A stretch of DNA of 64,000 bases from Candidatus Krumholzibacteriales bacterium (GTDB lineage Bacteria; Krumholzibacteriota; Krumholzibacteriia; Krumholzibacteriales; WJIX01): contig JAWODM010000066.1 in the NCBI GenBank assembly GCA_046483305.1, positions 37,384-101,383 on the forward strand, read 5' to 3'. The notes below the pieces were generated by a model. The model had not been told where the DNA came from. It worked only from the letters and a program-made list of their open reading frames with translations, and searched no databases. The position numbers and the translations under genes are program-made. Shown here piece by piece: positions 20,313 through 31,200 of the stretch. Numbering within the stretch: position 1 is the stretch's first letter; every line of letters begins with the position of its first letter.

Positions 20313-21371
20313 ATGAAATTCGCCAGCCCATGGATATTCCTGCTGCTTCTTCTTATCCCCCTCTATCTCCTTTATGCCGCCAGATTCCAAGCCAGGGGAT
20401 CGCTGAGATTCTCAACCCTTATTAACGCTTCCAGGGCGGGGAAGTCTCTCAGGCAGAGACTGGCCTCCCTGCCGGCCTGGCTGAGGATAATAGCTATAAT
20501 TCTGCTGGTAACCGCCCTGGCCCGGCCTCAGATGGGAAGGGAGAAGGTAAAGGATGTTACCAGAGGTGTGGCGATAGAAATGGTGATTGACCGTTCGGGA
20601 AGCATGGAAGCGGAAATGGAATACAACAACAGGAGAATGAACCGGCTGGAAGTGGTCAAAAGGGTGTTCAGGGAATTTCTGATGGGTAACGGAAAGGACC
20701 TGGAGGGAAGGCCGAACGACCTGGTCGGTATAATATCTTTCGCCAGGTATGCGGATACGGTGGCGCCGCTGACCCTGGGGCACGGAGCCCTGCTGAGGTT
20801 TCTGGAAAGCACCAGAATAGTCAAGAGAAGAAGCGAGGATGGAACCGCCATAGGTGACGCCCTCGCCCTGGCCGCGGCCAGGCTCAAAACCGCCGGCGAG
20901 AATATAACCGCCAGCGGCAAGGACCCGGAGAAGAGCGAATACAAGATTGACAGCAAGATCATTATTCTGCTCACGGACGGGCAGAATAACTTCGGAAGAA
21001 GGACCCCGATTGAAGCTGCCGAGCTGGCCGCCAGATGGGGCATCAAGATATACGCCATAGGGGTTGGAGGCGAAGGAATCAGTACCGTACAGACCATCCT
21101 GGGGAATTTCAAGGTCCCGTCCGGAAGCAGGATCGACATGAAAACCCTGGAGAGGATATCCGAGATTACCAATGGAATAAGCAGACGGGCTGAAGATGAA
21201 GAATCGCTGCGTAAAATATACGCGGAGATCGACCAGCTGGAGAAGAGTGAAATAGAATCGATCCGTTATGTCGATTACCGTGAAATGTTCGTTCCATTCT
21301 CGCTGGCGGCCCTTATTCTTATAATACTTGAGAGGGCGCTGGCCTGCTCGATTTTCAGGAGGATACCTTAA
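20313..21371 (+). CDS. batA: BatA VWA domain protein
   Basis: MKFASPW N-terminus, ALARPQ, MIDAS DRSGSM, GTAIGDAL, LLTDG, IDQLEKS. Confidence 0.9.
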   Translation: MKFASPWIFLLLLLIPLYLLYAARFQARGSLRFSTLINASRAGKSLRQRLASLPAWLRIIAIILLVTALARPQMGREKVKDVTRGVAIEMVIDRSGSMEAEMEYNNRRMNRLEVVKRVFREFLMGNGKDLEGRPNDLVGIISFARYADTVAPLTLGHGALLRFLESTRIVKRRSEDGTAIGDALALAAARLKTAGENITASGKDPEKSEYKIDSKIIILLTDGQNNFGRRTPIEAAELAARWGIKIYAIGVGGEGISTVQTILGNFKVPSGSRIDMKTLERISEITNGISRRAEDEESLRKIYAEIDQLEKSEIESIRYVDYREMFVPFSLAALILIILERALACSIFRRIP

Positions 21372-21376
21372 TAAAT

Positions 21377-22405
21377 ATGCATTTCGGCAACCTGAATATG
21401 TTTCTTCTGCTCTGGATTCTGCCTCTGATAGCAGGGTTTTACCTCTACGCGTCGTACAGGAGAAAGAGGGACCTCAGGATATTCATAGAGAGCGGCCTGC
21501 TGGACAGAATCTCCATGACCGCGGATAAGACCAGAAGAACCTGGAAAGCTGTACTGGTGATTCTGGGAGCGGCGTTTATTATTATCGCGCTGGCCAGGCC
21601 CGCCTGGAACCCCAGATCGAGAACCATAGAGAGGACCGGAAGGGATATTATCTTCATCCTGGATGTTTCACGGAGCATGCTGGCTGAGGACCTGGCGCCC
21701 AACCGGCTGGAAAGGGCCAAGTTCGCCATAAGCGATATGATATCCACCCTGAAGGGAGACCGGGTCGGGCTGATCGTGTTCTCCGGGTCCAGCGTTCTCA
21801 AATGCCCTCTTACCCTTGACTACGGATTCTTCCGGTATATGCTGGAAGATGTGAGTACCGGAAGTGTTACCCGGGGCGGAACCATGATCGGAGACGCGGT
21901 CCGGAAAGCCCTCGATGAAGGTTTCGACGATCAGGAGAAGAAATACAAGGATATCATCCTGATCACCGACGGGGAGGATCACGACTCCTTCCCGGTCCGG
22001 GCGGCGGAGGAGGCGGCGCAGCGCGGCATAAGAATAATCGCCATAGGGCTGGGGAATGAAGATGAGGGAAAGAGAATCCCGGTAAGGGATGAGAACGGTA
22101 ATATGACTTTCCTGAAATACCGCGGAAGAGAGGTTTGGACGAAACTGGATGCCACTACTCTCAGGAAGATGGCGAATGCCACCGAAGGAGGCAGATACCT
22201 TAATGTGGCAACCGGAACTATAGACCTCGGCGAGGTATATAATAAATTGATCGCCGGAGAGGACAAGAGAAAAATAGAGGCGAAAACCATAGATATGTAC
22301 GAAGATAAATTTCAGATATTCATAGCTGCGGCCCTGATTTTCCTGACAGTTGAACTGTTCATCAGGGAACGGAAGAGAAAAAAGCATGAGAACCGGCAAG
22401 TTTGA
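21377..22405 (+). CDS. batB: BatB VWA domain protein
   Basis: LDVSRSMLAEDLAPNRLERAK, CPLTLDY, LITDGEDH. Confidence 0.9.
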   Translation: MHFGNLNMFLLLWILPLIAGFYLYASYRRKRDLRIFIESGLLDRISMTADKTRRTWKAVLVILGAAFIIIALARPAWNPRSRTIERTGRDIIFILDVSRSMLAEDLAPNRLERAKFAISDMISTLKGDRVGLIVFSGSSVLKCPLTLDYGFFRYMLEDVSTGSVTRGGTMIGDAVRKALDEGFDDQEKKYKDIILITDGEDHDSFPVRAAEEAAQRGIRIIAIGLGNEDEGKRIPVRDENGNMTFLKYRGREVWTKLDATTLRKMANATEGGRYLNVATGTIDLGEVYNKLIAGEDKRKIEAKTIDMYEDKFQIFIAAALIFLTVELFIRERKRKKHENRQV

Positions 22406-23516
22406 TATTTATATTATAATTACGGCCCTGACAGCGCTGGCCCTGTCGCCACCGGCCGCCGCCGAGAGCCCCAGCGAACTGGTAAAAAAGGGGAACAGTA
22501 GTTTCAGGGATGGGAATTACCGGGAGGCAATCGGATTCTATGACAGGGCCTCGGTGAAGGAACCGGAATCTCCGGTAATATTCTTCAACCGCGGCGACGC
22601 ACTGTATAAGAAAGGCGAGTTTAAGAAGGCTGCCGATCAATTCATGAAGACAGCCAGCAGTACTAAAGACCTGCGGCTGGAGGCCAGGGCCTGGTACAAT
22701 ATGGGAAACAGCTCCGTTATGCTGGGGCGAAGGCAGTCCGACAGCGACATGAAAAAGGCTCTGGAGCATTACCGCGAAAGTGTAAGCCGCTACCAGACAG
22801 CCCTGAAGAAGGATTCGACCCTTCATGACGCGGCGGTAAACATGGAAATCGCCAGGATACTGATAAAGGACCTCCTGGATAAGATAAAAAAGCAACAGGA
22901 GATGAACAGGAAAAGGCAGGAGCAGGTCAGGGAAATAGTAGATTCGCTGCTTTCAATAGCAAAACGGCAGGACAAAGCCGGCAAAGAGGCTTCCGCTGCA
23001 GCCCGGAACAGGGAAGAGAACAGAAGCGGATGGAAGGGAAAAACCGGGCAGGCCGGAGAGGACCAGAAAGAGATAGAGAACAAAACCGGGGAGGTTAAGG
23101 AAAAAATGGGCGATATCCCGGGGGCTCAGCAGGCCCCTTCCGTCCAGCAGGCCATCTCTCATGTCGACTCGTCGCTAACTTCTCAGGATAAGGCTTTAGA
23201 GGAGCTGGAACAGATGTCGCCGGGACAGGCGAAACAGCACCAGGATGAATCGCTGGAGCAGATTATGAAAGCTGTGGCCGCGCTGACCGAAAACAACAAT
23301 CAGGGACAGCAACAGCAGGATCAGTCCGGAAATCAGGATCAGAAGCAGCAGAACGATCAGCAGAACAGGGAGCCCCGGCAGAATCAGCAGAGGGAGAAGG
23401 CGGACAGAAATGAGACTGCTCAACAGATCCTGGCCGAAGAGAAACAGAACCGGGAGAAGAGAAGGAAGATGAGACAGCGGTCCTCCGGTTACAGGCCGGT
23501 CGAGAAAGACTGGTAG
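22386..23516 (+). CDS. batC: BatC-like TPR protein
   Basis: Signal peptide, TPRs (KGNSSF..., WYNMGN), Q/N-rich linker, C-terminal VEKDW. Start taken at ATG 22386. Confidence 0.82.
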   Translation: MRTGKFDIYIIITALTALALSPPAAAESPSELVKKGNSSFRDGNYREAIGFYDRASVKEPESPVIFFNRGDALYKKGEFKKAADQFMKTASSTKDLRLEARAWYNMGNSSVMLGRRQSDSDMKKALEHYRESVSRYQTALKKDSTLHDAAVNMEIARILIKDLLDKIKKQQEMNRKRQEQVREIVDSLLSIAKRQDKAGKEASAAARNREENRSGWKGKTGQAGEDQKEIENKTGEVKEKMGDIPGAQQAPSVQQAISHVDSSLTSQDKALEELEQMSPGQAKQHQDESLEQIMKAVAALTENNNQGQQQQDQSGNQDQKQQNDQQNREPRQNQQREKADRNETAQQILAEEKQNREKRRKMRQRSSGYRPVEKDW

Positions 23517-23522
23517 TATACT

Positions 23523-25388
23523 ATGAAAACTGAAATTAAAATATTCCTGGCATCGGCAGCCGCCCTGGCCCTCATTCCGTTATTGGCCGGGCAGAGCCCT
23601 CTGGCATCCGAACAGATTCTGGCCAGAGTGACAGTGGAATCCAACGAAGTCTATGTCGGGGAACCTTTCCTGATGCGAATAACCATAATCGGTTCGACAG
23701 AAGCAGAGAGGCCGGACCTTTCCGGGCTGGAAGGGTTCGATGTAAAATTTCAGGGAGAAGCCAACAACAGCAGCCATTCGGTATCGATAATCAACGGAAA
23801 AGTAACCAGGAACGTCAAGAGAGAATACATTTACAACTACCAGCTGACACCGGTGAGATCGGGAGTTCTGGAAATCCCCTCCATACCGGTAAAGGCGGAG
23901 GACAGGACACTGCAGTCAAATTCGGTCAGAATAAGGGTAAAGGAGCCCGAGGAAACCGAAGATTTCAAGCTCAGACTCAGGCTTTCGCAGAATGAATGCT
24001 ATGCCGGCGAACCGGTACTGCTTACCGTCACCTGGTACCTCAGAAAGGATATCCGAAGTTTTGAGTTTACCGCTCCCTTCCTGGAAACGGAGAAATTCGA
24101 GGTGGAGGAACCGGAAGTAGAGCTTGATAACAGAAAACAGTACTTCAGGGTTCCGGTCGCAGGTTACGAATTTATCGCCGAGAAGGGCAGGGATACCCTG
24201 GCGGCAAAAAGTTACGCAACCCTGAGTTTTTCTGTGGCGATAACCCCCACAGAGCCGGGGTTGTTTGTCATACCGGAATTCATTGTGGCCTGCGAGACAG
24301 GCAGCTCGATAAGAGACCGTTTCTTCGAGGACTTTTTCTCCGAAGGATTCCAGTCCGGAAGGGAAAGAAGCAGAAAGTATGTGATCCCGTCCAACACCCC
24401 TACCCTCAAAGTAAAATCTCTGCCCCTGGAGGGAAGGCCGGAAGGGTTCGCGGGGCATATCGGAAGATTCAGAATATCAGCGGAGGCGGAGCCGCTGGAG
24501 GTGAATATTGGAGATCCCATCACCCTCCGGGTAACCCTGGAAGGGCCCGAATTCCTTGACAACGTAACTCTCCCCCCCATCTCCGAGATGGAAGGTTTCG
24601 CCGAGAATTTCAAGATCCCCGAAGAGCGCGCAGCGGGAGAGGTAGAGAACGGCAAGAAGGTATTCACTCAGACCATCAGGCCCTTAAGCGCTGATGCGAA
24701 GGAGATACCACCTGTCAGAATAGTATCTTTCGATACCGGAACGGGAAAGTACAGAACGGTGCAGACCGGCCCCATACCGCTGACCGTCAACCCCACCAGA
24801 ATTGTAAAGGCCAGTGACGCAGAGGGAACCTCGCTCAACGGGCAGGTATCCGCGCTGGAGAGCTGGAAGGACGGAATAGCCTACAATTACGAAGGGAGCC
24901 AGGTTCTGGCAAGGAAGGATTACGGATTTTCCGCCGCAATTTCCAGGTGGTGGCACATCCTTATCATTTCGGTTCCCCCCGCCGCTTTTTTCATTATCCT
25001 GATATCTGCGGCGCTGGCCAGAAAAAGCAAATCGGATCCTATGGGGAAACGCTCGCGCAGGGCGTTCAGGGAGCTGAAAAGAAAGTTATCAGCCATAAAA
25101 AAATCCGGATCGGAAGGCCCGGAGGCCTGCGCCGGTATACTGGAGGCCTTCAAGGAGTATTTCGCCTGTAAGCTCTGCCGCCAGACTCTCTCCATGACCA
25201 CTGACGAGATCGAGCATGAACTTCGCCGGAGAGATATAGACAAGGATACGATCGAGCCGCTGAAAGGGCTCATAGAAATATGCGAAGCAGGCACTTACGC
25301 CGGGGAAACCCCCGGAAGCGGCGGAAACCCCCAATCAATTACCCGTGAACTGGAAAAACTGATCCGGAGGATAGAGAAAAAACTTTGA
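23523..25388 (+). CDS. batD: BatD family protein
   Basis: VSIINGK...Y.Y.L.P...G.L.IPS, LKVKSLP...GFAGHIG.F, and a C-terminal TM segment. Confidence 0.87.
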   Translation: MKTEIKIFLASAAALALIPLLAGQSPLASEQILARVTVESNEVYVGEPFLMRITIIGSTEAERPDLSGLEGFDVKFQGEANNSSHSVSIINGKVTRNVKREYIYNYQLTPVRSGVLEIPSIPVKAEDRTLQSNSVRIRVKEPEETEDFKLRLRLSQNECYAGEPVLLTVTWYLRKDIRSFEFTAPFLETEKFEVEEPEVELDNRKQYFRVPVAGYEFIAEKGRDTLAAKSYATLSFSVAITPTEPGLFVIPEFIVACETGSSIRDRFFEDFFSEGFQSGRERSRKYVIPSNTPTLKVKSLPLEGRPEGFAGHIGRFRISAEAEPLEVNIGDPITLRVTLEGPEFLDNVTLPPISEMEGFAENFKIPEERAAGEVENGKKVFTQTIRPLSADAKEIPPVRIVSFDTGTGKYRTVQTGPIPLTVNPTRIVKASDAEGTSLNGQVSALESWKDGIAYNYEGSQVLARKDYGFSAAISRWWHILIISVPPAAFFIILISAALARKSKSDPMGKRSRRAFRELKRKLSAIKKSGSEGPEACAGILEAFKEYFACKLCRQTLSMTTDEIEHELRRRDIDKDTIEPLKGLIEICEAGTYAGETPGSGGNPQSITRELEKLIRRIEKKL

Positions 25389-26242
25389 GAACTGAGAAGA
25401 GAATAAGTAATACTTCGGCGGTAATAATTTTCGCGGCGGCCGCGTCGATAATACTGATATCAGCAGCCGGGCCAGCCGCCGGACAGCAGCTGACCGCCGA
25501 GGAAGCCAGGCAGTACCTTTCCAGGGCTGAAAAATCATTCAGGGAAGGACTGAGGCTGGATGCTTCCGATCCCGGCGCGTCCGGAGAGAGTTTTCAGAAA
25601 TCTATCCTCTACTACCGTGAACTGATCGAGAAAGGAGGCATCCGGAACGGGAAAATCTACTATAATATTGCCAACGCCTATTTTCGAATGGGCGACCTGG
25701 GCAGGGCGATACTGAATTACAAACGCGCCGCGCTGTACATGCCCAATAATGATAATCTGAAGAGAATCATGGAGTACGCCAGGAGCAGAAGACTGAACAA
25801 GATCGAAGCCAGGGAGAAAGAGAAGATATTCAGGACCCTCTTCTTCCTTCACTACGATCTTCCGTTTGGAGTCAGATTCATGATTTTTTCCGTCGCCTTT
25901 GCGCTGGCATGGATCACCGCATCGATTATGATATTTTTCAGGAATGGAAAGCTTAAAACAGCGTTAATACTGTTTTCGGCGGTGAGCGCTCTCTTTCTTG
26001 CCTCTCTGGCGGTGGAAACGGCCTGGGCCCCGGCGGAAAGGGAGGGAGTAATAACGGAAGAAAGTGTGGTGGCAAGAAAAGGTGACGCCAGATCCTATCA
26101 GCCCAGTTTTACTGAGCCGCTGAGAGCGGGAACTGAATTTAACCTTCTGGAAGAGCGGGGCGGATGGTATCATATTGAACTGGTCAACGGAGAGCGATGC
26201 TGGATACCTTCAACCAGCGCGGAACTCGTAATAGAGCACTGA
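25385..26242 (+). CDS. batE: BatE-like TPR + SH3 protein
   Basis: YYNIANAYFRMGDLGRAILNYKRA, two TM segments, SH3-like C-terminus (GWYHIEL.NG..CWIP). Confidence 0.87.
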   Translation: MRTEKRISNTSAVIIFAAAASIILISAAGPAAGQQLTAEEARQYLSRAEKSFREGLRLDASDPGASGESFQKSILYYRELIEKGGIRNGKIYYNIANAYFRMGDLGRAILNYKRAALYMPNNDNLKRIMEYARSRRLNKIEAREKEKIFRTLFFLHYDLPFGVRFMIFSVAFALAWITASIMIFFRNGKLKTALILFSAVSALFLASLAVETAWAPAEREGVITEESVVARKGDARSYQPSFTEPLRAGTEFNLLEERGGWYHIELVNGERCWIPSTSAELVIEH

Positions 26243-26277
26243 AATTATCAGCACAATACAGCTGAAAGGAGTTTCAG

Positions 26278-27684
26278 GTGATGAACAGGAATCTTTTTAC
26301 TCTGGCGGCGGCGCTGGCAATCTCATCTATTATTCTTTCCGGGCCGGTCCTGGCCGGGGAGAAGGAAATCACTCCCGGCCTGATAGAAGAGCTGAGAAAA
26401 TCGATCGAGGAAGACCGGTCCATACAGGCGCTGGTCAACGCAGTTTCCAATAATGACCTGAAAGATCTGGTTTTCAACAACCAGTTCCACAGAGAGCATA
26501 ACGACCTTTTCAATTTCAAGATTGAAACCAGCGGAATAACCGACCAGAAACAGAGCGGAAGGTGCTGGTTATTCGCCGGATTCAATGTAATGCGGCCGGA
26601 AGTAATGGATAAATTCAATCTGGAGCAGTTTGAATTCTCCGAAAACTATCTCTTCTTCTGGGACAAGCTGGAAAAGGCGAATATGTTCCTGGAGGCGATG
26701 ATAGAGACCGCCGGAAGGGACATAGATGCCCGTGAAATCCAGACCCTCCTGGAAAATCCGGTTCCGGACGGTGGATGGTGGAACTATGTGGTATCTCTGA
26801 TCGAAAAATACGGCACTGTTCCGAAGGAGGTCATGCCGGAAACCAGGAACTCATCCAGCACCGGCAGGATGAACAGCCAGATTAACGGAATGGCCCGCTC
26901 ATTCGCCGCCACCCTCAGAAGAGAGCATGCCGCCGGGGCGAACCGGGAACAGCTGAGGGAGAAAAAGAAGGAGATGCTCAGGAAGGTGTACCGGCTGCTG
27001 ATTCTTCATCTGGGGATGCCTCCCCGGGAATTTACCTGGAGAGTGGAGAACAGGGATAAGGAGCTATTCGAGAAAGATTATACTCCCCTTTCCTTTTATG
27101 AAGAAGCGGTGGACACTGACCTCCGGGAATATGTCAATGTGATGGACCACCCCTCTCACGAATACAACAGGCTGTACCGGATACGCTACTGCCGCAATAT
27201 GCCGGAAGTTAATGACATGGAATTCGTAAATCTTCCGGTGTACAGACTGCGGGAATTCGCCAGGTCCGCCCTGTTGAATAACGAGCCGGTCTGGTTTGCA
27301 GCCGACGTGGGCAAGGGAAACGATACCCGGAACGGCATTCTGTCCAGCAGTATATACGATTACGAAGCGCTTATCGGGAGTTCCCCGGAGATGAGCAAAT
27401 CTGAAAGAGTGCAGTACGGAGAGAGCACCCCCGGCCATGCGATGGTCCTTATAGGAATGGATATGGGAGAGGACGACCGGGTCGTCAAGTGGCTGGTGGA
27501 AAACTCCTGGGGCGGCGACACCGGAAATAACGGATTATGGACTATGTATGACGAATGGTTCCGGAAATATGTTTTCTCGGTGATAGTTCACAAGCGGCAT
27601 CTTCCCGGTGAAGTGTCCGGTATCCTTGAAACTGAACCGGAGATTCTGCCCCCCTGGGATCCGATGAGAAGAGCATTTCGATAA
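26278..27684 (+). CDS. pepC: Aminopeptidase C / bleomycin hydrolase family (C1B) cysteine peptidase with signal peptide
   Basis: TDQKQSGRCWLFA, FWDKLEKAN, DGGWW, HAMVLIG, VENSWG, LPPWDPM. Confidence 0.93.
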   Translation: MMNRNLFTLAAALAISSIILSGPVLAGEKEITPGLIEELRKSIEEDRSIQALVNAVSNNDLKDLVFNNQFHREHNDLFNFKIETSGITDQKQSGRCWLFAGFNVMRPEVMDKFNLEQFEFSENYLFFWDKLEKANMFLEAMIETAGRDIDAREIQTLLENPVPDGGWWNYVVSLIEKYGTVPKEVMPETRNSSSTGRMNSQINGMARSFAATLRREHAAGANREQLREKKKEMLRKVYRLLILHLGMPPREFTWRVENRDKELFEKDYTPLSFYEEAVDTDLREYVNVMDHPSHEYNRLYRIRYCRNMPEVNDMEFVNLPVYRLREFARSALLNNEPVWFAADVGKGNDTRNGILSSSIYDYEALIGSSPEMSKSERVQYGESTPGHAMVLIGMDMGEDDRVVKWLVENSWGGDTGNNGLWTMYDEWFRKYVFSVIVHKRHLPGEVSGILETEPEILPPWDPMRRAFR

Positions 27685-27737
27685 TTGACAGTTTAAGCGA
27701 AGGCAGGGAATTCATTTCCGGGGTCAGCGCGGAACTC

Positions 27738-27758
27738 CGGGGAGGGATTTCCTCCCCG
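27738..27758. terminator. Hairpin between the convergent pepC and DUF4388 genes
   Basis: CGGGGAGG-GATTT-CCTCCCCG; no U-tract. Confidence 0.35.
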
Positions 27759-27780
27759 CCGGAGACGGATTGGCAGCTGA

Positions 27781-28905
27781 TCAGTATTCTTCCATTACCC
27801 TGTGCCAATCCCGGGCCACTGAAATCCGTTTTTCCACCAGGCGGATAATCTTCTTGTTGTTGGTTTTTTCGCGAAGCTCCTCCCACTCCTCTATCGCTTT
27901 ATCCACCTCGCCGAGCCGAGCGTGAAGATACCCCTTGATAAACATCGCTTTCTGGTTATCCGGCCTTTTCTCCCGGGCCTTCTTGATAAACCTGAGAGAT
28001 TCACTCAGCCGGTTCATTTTATAATATATTTCCCCCAGCATCCGCAGCGCTTCGAAGCATTCGGGGTCCAGCTGCACAACTTTCTCGAATTCAGCGGCTG
28101 CCTTCTCCAGGTTGAGCTTGGAGTAATAGTTCCGGCCCCTTCTGAGATGTCTTTCTATTCTCTCATCTGCGCCGATCTCCGATTCCGGGGTATCTTCGTC
28201 ATCCCCGGACAGCTCTATCACGTTCATCACCACCAGCCCGTATATAAGCTTGCTGGTGGTAAACAGGTCCTCTTCTACTTCTTCATTTATTTCAAAGACC
28301 GATCTGCACCCGTCAACCAGAGACAGGATCTCCCATTCCTTGGGCTTGAGATTCAGCTGCTGGTCCTCCTGGTCGCATAATCTGAATACCGAATGCCTGG
28401 AGGGAACCTTGTTCTTTATGTTGGACCATTCATCAATTCTCCTGGCCCCTTCCAGAATCAGATTCTCGGTATTCAGCCGCACCAGCAATTCACTCTTCTT
28501 ATCGATATCCTCCTCTATGAACCGGCAGTCCCCGTTCTCCCACTTGAATATATTATAAACGCAGTCTCTGATCCTGCTGGAGAAGAAACTGTCCAGGTGA
28601 TTTCTTGATGAAATCCCTTCGCCCACCAGGCAGTCAATCAGGGTTTCGTAGTTCCTGCTCTTTTCCTCTATCCGGGCGGCTCCCACCTCGTCCAGCACGC
28701 CCCAGTCCTCCAGAACCACGCAGGTGGAAGGGGGTGATTTATCATATATGGACGCAAAGCATACCGCGCCTTCGTCAAAGAGGATATGAGCTCCCTTTTC
28801 CTGTGCAGAATCGGTTATGATTAAGCGGCCGGATTTCTTATTGTGGCACAGAACCTGAAAAAGATCGAAAAGTCCCAGTTCATTTATCGATGACCTTATT
28901 GTCAT
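27781..28905 (-). CDS. DUF4388 (PatA-N-like) domain protein with C-terminal TPRs
   Basis: LFDLFQVL...KKSGRL, IFKWENG.C.F, LILEGARRIDEW, LVDGCRS; TPR helices at the C-terminus. Confidence 0.85.
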   Translation of the reverse strand: MTIRSSINELGLFDLFQVLCHNKKSGRLIITDSAQEKGAHILFDEGAVCFASIYDKSPPSTCVVLEDWGVLDEVGAARIEEKSRNYETLIDCLVGEGISSRNHLDSFFSSRIRDCVYNIFKWENGDCRFIEEDIDKKSELLVRLNTENLILEGARRIDEWSNIKNKVPSRHSVFRLCDQEDQQLNLKPKEWEILSLVDGCRSVFEINEEVEEDLFTTSKLIYGLVVMNVIELSGDDEDTPESEIGADERIERHLRRGRNYYSKLNLEKAAAEFEKVVQLDPECFEALRMLGEIYYKMNRLSESLRFIKKAREKRPDNQKAMFIKGYLHARLGEVDKAIEEWEELREKTNNKKIIRLVEKRISVARDWHRVMEEY

Positions 28906-28909
28906 AACT

Positions 28910-30778
28910 CTAATCTCCTATTTCCAGATTGTCGAAAAGAGCCTCGGCCTCTTCATCAATACTCCTGTCGCCACTCTCGCCGGCCTCAACAGTATTTTTC
29001 TCCTCATGCTCGTTCTTGCCGGTATTCAAATCTTCCGCGGCCTCTTCTGATCTTTTCTCTTCTGCTTTGCGGGGCGCTTTGTTCTCTTCCCCGGATCCCT
29101 TATTCTCTTCCAGGTCGCGGATCCCCTCGGACACTATGGAGACCATTGACTCCCTGATTCTATCGAAGCGCCTCTGAACCCCCGATCTGAGAATTTCCAG
29201 CAGATTTTCATCCACTGCCTGTACCAGAGCCGAGTCGACCTTCATCTGCTCGTTCTCATCGAGGGTGGAAAGGCAGAAATGAAGCCCGGTATATTCGGGA
29301 TTTATTCTGGCTCCATCGAGAATCGCCTGAATGGCGTCCCTGAAATTGCCCTCTCTGAGGTGTATCAGGCCCTTGAGATATATTGCGTCGCTGTGATTCT
29401 GATCCACACTGAGCGCGCTCTCGATATCGAAGAGGGCGGGAGTCAGGCGGTTCATTCTGTAATGGAGTATCGCCCTCTTCTCGTAGAGAGTAGCGCTCTT
29501 GCCCACGAATGCCTCCAGACGCTGAATCAGGTTTTCCACCATCATGTATTCTTCCTTGAGAAGATTGCATATCAGAAAATTGAAATTGAGCTCACGATGG
29601 TACAGACGGAGGTTCAGCCCTTTCTTGAACATCCTCTCCGCGTCTTCGATCAGCCCTATCTGATAGAGAATAACCCCGAGATTGTTAATAGTATCAGCGT
29701 CACCTGAATTCAGCCTGAATGACTGGAGATAGCAAATGGCGGCTTTACGCTGATCTCCCCAGAGATGATAGATCACTCCGCAGAGCAGGTAAGACTGGGA
29801 ATTATCGGGATTGATCTGAAGCGCTTTGAGAAAGGATCCTGCGGCTTTTTCATATTCGCCTTCCAGCATATGTATCTTGCCTATCTCAAGATATACCCGG
29901 TCTTTCTCCTTCATTTCCTGGAATGATTTTTCCAGCTCTTTCAACCCTTCCTTATAGTAACCCCTTTCCCTGTAGGCAAGCCCCAGGGTAAAGGATGTGC
30001 TCTCATGACTCGGCATTCCGCTGCTCATATTATCCTGCCGCGCGTCACAGTCCCGGCCCCTGTTCTCGGCAAGAGCAAGATTCGCTTCGGTGTTCTGAAA
30101 GGATGGATTCAGTTTTGAAGCGATTCTGCTTTCCTCCAGCGCATCCTGGAAATTGCCCACATCACCGTTTGCAAATGAAAGCAGGAAGTGGGATCGCCAG
30201 TACTCCGGATCAAGCTTTATCGCCGCCCTCAGCTCGCCCATCGCTTCTTCGGTCCTTCCCAGGTTGTAATATATCTCACCCAGCTCAGTATGGAAGACAG
30301 CTGATTTGTTGACGTTCTCGGCAGCGGCAACATAGTGGTCCAGAGCCTCCTGGTTCAGCCCCATGGATTTCAAGGCGCTTCCCAGATGAATCCTGGCCAT
30401 ATAGTGATCCGGATTCCTGTTAACCAGTTCCTTGAGGGCATTGACCGATTCATCCAGCTTGCCCATATTCTTGTAGCTGACCCCCAGTCTCAGCAAAGCC
30501 TCGTCATTCTCCGGATCCTTATCCACCATCTCTTTCCACTTCTTTACATCCGGGTCTTCTATCCCGGTTTCACTGAACAGATACTGCAGGTTCTCCAGCG
30601 CCAGATTGAACCGCGAATCAACCTTCAGTGCTTTCTTGAACTGATCCATGGCATCGCTGTACATCCCTTTTCTGTAATACAGGACACCAAGATTATTCAA
30701 AGCACCCGGGTCATTCTGGTCAACCCTGGAAGCAAAACCGGCGAGTACTTCCTTTTCGCTCTCGCTTAACTGGGGCAT
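28910..30778 (-). CDS. Cytoplasmic multi-TPR protein at the end of the chemosensory operon
   Basis: About a dozen TPR units (ALNNLGVLYY..., HTELGEIYYNLG..., INNLGVILY...); acidic tail; no signal peptide. Confidence 0.85.
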   Translation of the reverse strand: MPQLSESEKEVLAGFASRVDQNDPGALNNLGVLYYRKGMYSDAMDQFKKALKVDSRFNLALENLQYLFSETGIEDPDVKKWKEMVDKDPENDEALLRLGVSYKNMGKLDESVNALKELVNRNPDHYMARIHLGSALKSMGLNQEALDHYVAAAENVNKSAVFHTELGEIYYNLGRTEEAMGELRAAIKLDPEYWRSHFLLSFANGDVGNFQDALEESRIASKLNPSFQNTEANLALAENRGRDCDARQDNMSSGMPSHESTSFTLGLAYRERGYYKEGLKELEKSFQEMKEKDRVYLEIGKIHMLEGEYEKAAGSFLKALQINPDNSQSYLLCGVIYHLWGDQRKAAICYLQSFRLNSGDADTINNLGVILYQIGLIEDAERMFKKGLNLRLYHRELNFNFLICNLLKEEYMMVENLIQRLEAFVGKSATLYEKRAILHYRMNRLTPALFDIESALSVDQNHSDAIYLKGLIHLREGNFRDAIQAILDGARINPEYTGLHFCLSTLDENEQMKVDSALVQAVDENLLEILRSGVQRRFDRIRESMVSIVSEGIRDLEENKGSGEENKAPRKAEEKRSEEAAEDLNTGKNEHEEKNTVEAGESGDRSIDEEAEALFDNLEIGD

Positions 30779-30802
30779 TTTACAGTCCTTTCATCATCTC
30801 TT

Positions 30803-31180
30803 CTAAGCGGTCGCGGGCAACTTCAAGACCTTTTCCAGCACTTCAACGACTCTGGAGGCGTTAAACGGCTTGATCAGAAAATCCCTGGCTCCCGCCTTGA
30901 GGGCATCCTGAACCAATGCCTGCTGTCCCAGAGCGCTGCACATTATAACCTTAGCTGAAGCATCGTTAGATACAATCTTGGCGACGGCATCAATGCCGTT
31001 CATCTCGGGCATAATTATATCCATGGTGACAACGTCCGGCTTCAGCTCGTTGTACTTTTCAACTGCATCGGCTCCGTTATCGGCCTCTCCGATGACCTCG
31101 AATCCGCTGCTTTCCAGTATGTCGGAAATCATTTTCCTCATAAAAACGGCATCATCAACTACCAGTACTCTTGCTTTCAT
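30803..31180 (-). CDS. cheY: Chemotaxis response regulator CheY
   Basis: VVDDAVFMR, TMDIIMP, SALGQ, KPF; single receiver domain. Confidence 0.93.
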   Translation of the reverse strand: MKARVLVVDDAVFMRKMISDILESSGFEVIGEADNGADAVEKYNELKPDVVTMDIIMPEMNGIDAVAKIVSNDASAKVIMCSALGQQALVQDALKAGARDFLIKPFNASRVVEVLEKVLKLPATA

Positions 31181-31200
31181 TACAAATTCTCCTTTCCGGA

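Noticed and set aside
23290..23400. CAG-rich low-complexity stretch
   Set aside because: It encodes the usual Q/N-rich linker of BatC.
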